In this document: positions 16,295 to 17,624 of the stretch, in pieces
Layout of the letters: each line of letters opens with the position of its first letter
How positions within the stretch are numbered: position 1 is the first letter of the stretch
IMG/VR virus record: IMGVR_UViG_3300030035_000024
DNA from: a virus
Taxonomy: Duplodnaviria > Heunggongvirae > Uroviricota > Caudoviricetes
Reading direction: 5' to 3' (one strand)
Length of the DNA stretch: 17,624 bases
Notes under the pieces: model-generated
Told to the model about the DNA's origin: nothing
Seen by the model: only the letters and a program-made list of their open reading frames with translations
The model's database searches: none
Program-made: the position numbers and the translations under genes

Positions 16295-16501
16295 TTAATT
16301 CAATTGATTTTTATTGATATAGTCTTCAATCGCCTTAATATTTGCCGAAAGCCCATCGTCAAAAATAAGAAAATTTCCTTTCTCATTCTGACTTAAAACC
16401 TTTCCACTTTCGGTATCAATTGTTGAGTAGGTAAAGGCGATTCTATCGCCCTCTCCCGTTGACAGTTTCATAAATGATGTAAGCTTTTTAATCACGCTCA
16501 T
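16295..16501 (-). CDS. Small hypothetical phage protein, 68 aa
   Basis: ORF coupled by an ATGA overlap to the tail gene. Confidence 0.75.
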   Translation of the reverse strand: MSVIKKLTSFMKLSTGEGDRIAFTYSTIDTESGKVLSQNEKGNFLIFDDGLSANIKAIEDYINKNQLN

Positions 16502-17624
16502 AATAATTCTCCTTCCATTTCTTGTATAATTTTTTCGCGTTCTTCGAACATTACATTTTCAAGGTTGACTGTCTCAAAATTCACTTCTCGGTCTTCTTTT
16601 CCGGCATTGAAACGGATATACTCTTTGTTCTTCTGTTTAGCTTTCAGCTCCCATGCGAACCGCAATCCTGGGGTTCCCTTAACAACAAAATAGGTATCTG
16701 ACTTTTCAGATACCCAAGACTGCCCTTCTCCTTCATTTTGAAGGAATACATAGTATTCAATTGCTGTTTCTGTTGATTCCTGGAATATATCATCAATTGA
16801 GATGATTGCCATTCCGTCTTTCCCAATTACTCCACCTCCAAAATCTCCAAGAGTTGGGGTTGGGGTTTCATAACAATAGAATAGTTGGTTGCCGTAGTTT
16901 TCGGTTTTGGCTATAACGGATTTAGTTCCTGTGACGGAGAAGTTTCCAACTACTTTCACCTCTTCATTAAATTGAGTTCTTCCCAAATAATGTTTTGCTC
17001 CAGATGTCCATCCGTTTTTAGAGGTTGTATCTCCCAGAACTAAAGTCAATGACGCAGGTGTGCTCGATTGTACCCCATTTCCAGAGTATTTCACGAAATC
17101 GCCTGTTGAATTTTGTGAAAGTAAACTAGGAGGATTGTATTCATTTCCTGCGAATATATCTAATGTATTGCCAGACAGTGTTCTTTTTATTCTGTCACTA
17201 CTGATAATAAAACCTGCAATTGTTGCTCCAACTGCTGCAAGTTCCTGCACGGACATTTTTTCTGCCGTGACCGCTTTTGCGTCTAATTTTTCAGTGGTAA
17301 CAGCACCAGCTTTCAAAGCGTCAGCAGCTATACTTAGTGCTTTAATAAATTGTCCATTTACATAAAGGTTGTTATTATACATGTATATTCCTTGCTTTGC
17401 CCCATTATCTGTGAGCAAGTTCAATACATGTTCACTACTTACCGCCACTGTAACTTCTGGGCGGTAGATTCCAAGAGTTCCACTTGTAAAACTTCCAAAT
17501 CCACCAATTGTAAATAATTGATAATCAGAGTTTACTGTTGTTACGGTTTGCAAAAATTCATATTTTTTCCACTCTGTAGTGACGCTTACATCTTGTGCTA
17601 CTCTATTTAGCGACACTTTTATTT
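16498..17624 (-). CDS. C-terminal part of a phage tail or host-specificity protein (partial)
   Basis: Frame is open to the window edge; AVTTEKL/AVTAEKM repeats; C-terminal YCYETPTPTLGDFG...FAWELKAKQK domain. Confidence 0.8.
   Translation of the reverse strand, partial: IKVSLNRVAQDVSVTTEWKKYEFLQTVTTVNSDYQLFTIGGFGSFTSGTLGIYRPEVTVAVSSEHVLNLLTDNGAKQGIYMYNNNLYVNGQFIKALSIAADALKAGAVTTEKLDAKAVTAEKMSVQELAAVGATIAGFIISSDRIKRTLSGNTLDIFAGNEYNPPSLLSQNSTGDFVKYSGNGVQSSTPASLTLVLGDTTSKNGWTSGAKHYLGRTQFNEEVKVVGNFSVTGTKSVIAKTENYGNQLFYCYETPTPTLGDFGGGVIGKDGMAIISIDDIFQESTETAIEYYVFLQNEGEGQSWVSEKSDTYFVVKGTPGLRFAWELKAKQKNKEYIRFNAGKEDREVNFETVNLENVMFEEREKIIQEMEGELL

Overview
Segment of a temperate phage or prophage of a low-GC Firmicute (Lachnospiraceae-like), with most genes on the minus strand. 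Read right to left: tail genes and an amidase/CW_7 endolysin, an orphan LytTR response regulator, a cI/cro-like switch with repeated operators, then an early operon (BRO-N/ANT antirepressor, two SSBs, Rad50/SbcC-like ATPase, RecT, split metallo-beta-lactamase hydrolase). Two accessory systems stand out. (1) Between the ATPase and RecT lies a lone RAMP/Cas7-like gene (3755-4432) surrounded by 11 non-coding stem-loop units (3484-3743, 4476-5442, 5916-6065). Each unit has a sequence-unique stem, and most loops are runs of 5-nt units: a conserved triplet (TGT/TAT on +, ACA/AUA on the RNA) plus two variable bases. This looks like a non-CRISPR, gapped-code RNA-guided module with one frameshifted partner gene. 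(2) A diversity-generating retroelement remnant: two tandem target genes whose 76-bp variable regions differ only at codon positions 1-2, followed by a truncated avd-like ORF, with no TR or RT in the window. All family calls come from motif recognition by eye; no searches were run.
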